This document shows, piece by piece, positions 63,201 through 64,000 of a stretch of DNA of 64,000 nucleotides. Position numbers and translations under genes: made by a program. The notes beneath the pieces were generated by a model. It was not told the DNA's origin, did not search any database, and was given only the letters and a program-made list of their open reading frames with translations. Origin of the DNA: an uncultured Aliarcobacter sp. (GTDB taxonomy: Bacteria; Campylobacterota; Campylobacteria; Campylobacterales; Arcobacteraceae). The stretch is from positions 1,716,428 to 1,780,427 of the forward strand of contig CAXXLV010000002.1 in assembly GCA_963664305.2 (NCBI GenBank), read 5' to 3'. Position 1 is the first letter of the stretch. Every line of letters starts with the position of its first letter.

Positions 63201-64000
63201 AAACAGCATATGTAAGTATCGAAGGACCAACATCTGTAGTTGAAGGTAATACAACAACTCCATACACTGTAAGTGTAACTCAAGCTCCAGAATCTGATTT
63301 AACAGTAACATTTACATATAGTGGTAAAGCAATTGATGGAACAGACTTCACAGGAGTAGCAAGTGTAGTAATTCCAAAAGGTGAAACATCAGCAACATTC
63401 AGATATTGCAACAATAGATGACTAACATAGCAGAGGGTGCTGAGGACTTTACAGTTACAATTAATACTATCACAAATGGTGGATTAGAAGATGTAAGAGT
63501 AGACTCTACAAAATCATCAGTAACAACAACAATCACAGATGAAACAGTACCAACAGACCCAGATACACAAACAGCATATGTAAGTATCGAAGGACCAACA
63601 TCTGTAGTTGAAGGTAATACAACAACTCCATACACTGTAAGTGTAACTCAAGCTCCAGAATCTGATTTAACAGTAACATTTACATATAGTGGTAAAGCAA
63701 TTGATGGAACAGACTTCACAGGAGTAGCAAGTGTAGTAATTCCAAAAGGTGAAACATCAGCAACATTCAATATTGCAACAATAGATGATAACATAGCAGA
63801 GGGTGCTGAGGACTTTACAGTTACAATTAATACTATCACAAATGGTGGATTAGAAGATGTAAGAGTAGACTCTACAAAATCATCAGTAACAACAACAATC
63901 ACAGATGAAACAGTACCAACAGACCCAGATACACAAACAGCATATGTAAGTATCGAAGGACCAACATCTGTAATTTACATATAGTGGTAAAGCAATTGAT
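57214..64000 (+). repeat. 366-bp tandem repeat, about 18.5 near-identical copies, adhesin-sense on plus strand (inverted relative to the gene)
   Basis: Period 366 nt throughout; the only deviations seen are indels at about 57539, 58037, 63402, 63422 and a ~71-nt deletion at 63972. Confidence 0.95.
57527..63421 (+). other. Start-less open reading frame (~1,960 codons) encoding about 16 adhesin repeat units
   Basis: Frame TTC AAT ATT GCA.. stays open from after TGA 57524-57526 to TGA 63419-63421; not in the ORF track because the repeat has no in-frame start codon. Confidence 0.8.

Noticed and set aside
56142..63902. Series of 117-aa ORFs (MYGVVVLPSTT...) as a tandem gene family
   Set aside because: They are antisense shadows of the adhesin repeat, with GTG starts, no RBS and one stop per unit.
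56138..64000. Long repeat array as a CRISPR array for the orphan Cas6
   Set aside because: Units are 366 bp, contiguous, have no unique spacers and encode an in-frame protein repeat.

Overview
Low-GC, Campylobacterota-type chromosomal window; gene content and order suggest Arcobacteraceae (inference). From left to right it holds: housekeeping genes (metF-like 3' end, ruvX, acpS, an ABC permease, panC, rimO, tilS); a flagellar cluster (fliS, fliD, flgK, flgH, fliL, fliJ, fliQ, flgI, fliM plus unknown ORFs); pyrC; and a nitrogen-sensing locus (two amt/P-II pairs, an ankyrin protein, a receiver-less GAFTGA-less NtrC-like Fis-HTH regulator coupled to glnD). Next come a solitary cas6 with no array, a MerR-headed phospholipid operon, SulP, an extended arsenic operon, cidA/lrgB, a diguanylate cyclase, a TonB receptor, transketolase and an orphan histidine kinase. 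The window ends in the 3' part of a giant T1SS-type adhesin whose 366-bp repeat array flips orientation at about 57215. The best novel signal is a 17-bp palindrome (TGTWTAWWTTTTATACA) lying 30-31 nt upstream of TATAAT -10 boxes in front of both amt genes and the regulator-glnD operon, which suggests a sigma70-based nitrogen regulon run by a degenerate NtrC. Other leads are the orphan Cas6 with a direct-repeat operator, the double-operator MerR lipid operon, a gamma-glutamylcyclotransferase embedded in the ars operon, and the inverted adhesin array, which may be an assembly artefact.
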